A DNA stretch of 64,000 nucleotides from Mobula hypostoma (lineage: Eukaryota). Made by a program: the position numbers and the translations under genes. The notes beneath the pieces are model-generated. The model worked only from the letters and a program-made list of their open reading frames with translations. It searched no databases and was not told where the DNA came from. Where the stretch lies: positions 81,842,001 to 81,906,000 of the forward strand of contig NC_086097.1 in assembly GCF_963921235.1 (NCBI RefSeq), read 5' to 3'. Below, in pieces: positions 62,798-64,000 of this stretch (positions are counted from its first letter, which is position 1; each line of letters opens with the position of its first letter).

Positions 62798-64000
62798 GAA
62801 GAATAACCTAAACTATATATCAAAGAATACAATTTAAAAATTGTGCAAGGTAAAAAACTAAAATCAAAATTAAAACAGAATGCTGGAAATATTCAATGGA
62901 TCTGGAAATACCTGTGGAGTGAGAAACAAAGATCATATTTCAGGTCAATATTTCATCATTCACTTTTTTTAAAAATTTTGCTTTTAGATATATTAAATGA
63001 GGATTATAAGATTGTGTGCTTGATAAGTGGTTGAAGTAAAGGGAAATTAAAGATTAACTGAAAAAGGAAGAATGAACGGACTAGCTAAACTAGTTAGCCC
63101 AACTGCGAATTTTCAAGTGACCATTTCTGTGTAATTCCATCTAATAGTTACCTCCCGTGAAAAGTTGATCTGATTGACAATTTCCCCTTGTAAAATGTGT
63201 TTTGAACAATTGTGAATGATATTGTTCTCCCTCCTTGACATGAAGTTTAAGTAATGTGAAAGAGTACTCCAACCCAGAGTGGAATAGAATCATTATTATG
63301 CACTGCTTTGTGGGACAGCATATGTGACAACAACGTGTAGATTAATCACTACTTGAGGAACTGAAATCATTTCTTTCCCGTGGTACTGTGAAAATCATGA
63401 ATTGTCTTAATTGTTCTGAAGCTATCTTTGAAGTGTCGGAAATGAAGTCATGTGCTTCCTTACACAGATGACAAACTGATCTATCTTCTTTGGAAGTTAT
63501 TTTGATCTCATGAAGTTCAGACTAAATAGTTTGCTCTTTTCCCGAGCTTTATCCTGCATCCGCCCAGTATGTACTTCAGCTGTAAAGGAATTGATTGCTT
63601 ACACTCCATCCAGCCAAATCAGACAGCATCTTGCATTGCCTGTGCTATAAGCAAAGGGCCAATTTACAAATGAGGTCACTTCCACTGGCCAGATGAATTA
63701 CTCCAAGCTTCTGCTGCCAGCCACTTTGATCCTCCATCCCATTCAGATCTCTCTGTCCGTGGTTTCATGCACTGTTATAATAAATCTCAGTGCAAACTTG
63801 AGAAACATTCCTAATCTTCTGACATTGAGCCTGCGGGGTTACAGAAGAAGCTGCTTCCTGGACTCAGTTTGCTTTCTCTGTGATATTTCCTCAGTTTTTC
63901 CCTCCCATTAACACATCCTGACTTGCTAGGTATGGCCTACAACCCTGATATTTGCAGCACATAATATTCCATCTGTATTACATCTCTCCAACTGCCCCAT

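Overview
Eukaryotic, vertebrate-type non-coding DNA, intronic or intergenic, with no host CDS I can confidently call. The repeat content suggests a cartilaginous fish, probably a ray (inference). About two thirds of the window is nested transposable elements: CR1 LINEs (one young copy with a nearly intact ORF2 at 18.7-22.1 kb), Rex1/Babar LINEs, a Hero-type (R2-group, RLE) LINE, RTE remnants, two Gypsy remnants plus solo LTRs, two Penelope-like (GIY-YIG) insertions with inverted terminal repeats, a full-length Passport-like Tc1 transposon, and hAT and Harbinger fossils. Most ORFs in the supplied track are TE fragments or antisense shadows. The best signal is at the RNA level. A young, CpG-rich, 563-bp non-coding retroelement (41146-41708, 12-bp TSD) begins exactly at the P1 strand of an HDV-like ribozyme whose L3 carries an extra inserted helix. 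About eleven minimal hammerhead ribozyme motifs ride on the Penelope-derived repeats. All structure and family calls were made by eye; ribozyme activity and novelty are untested.
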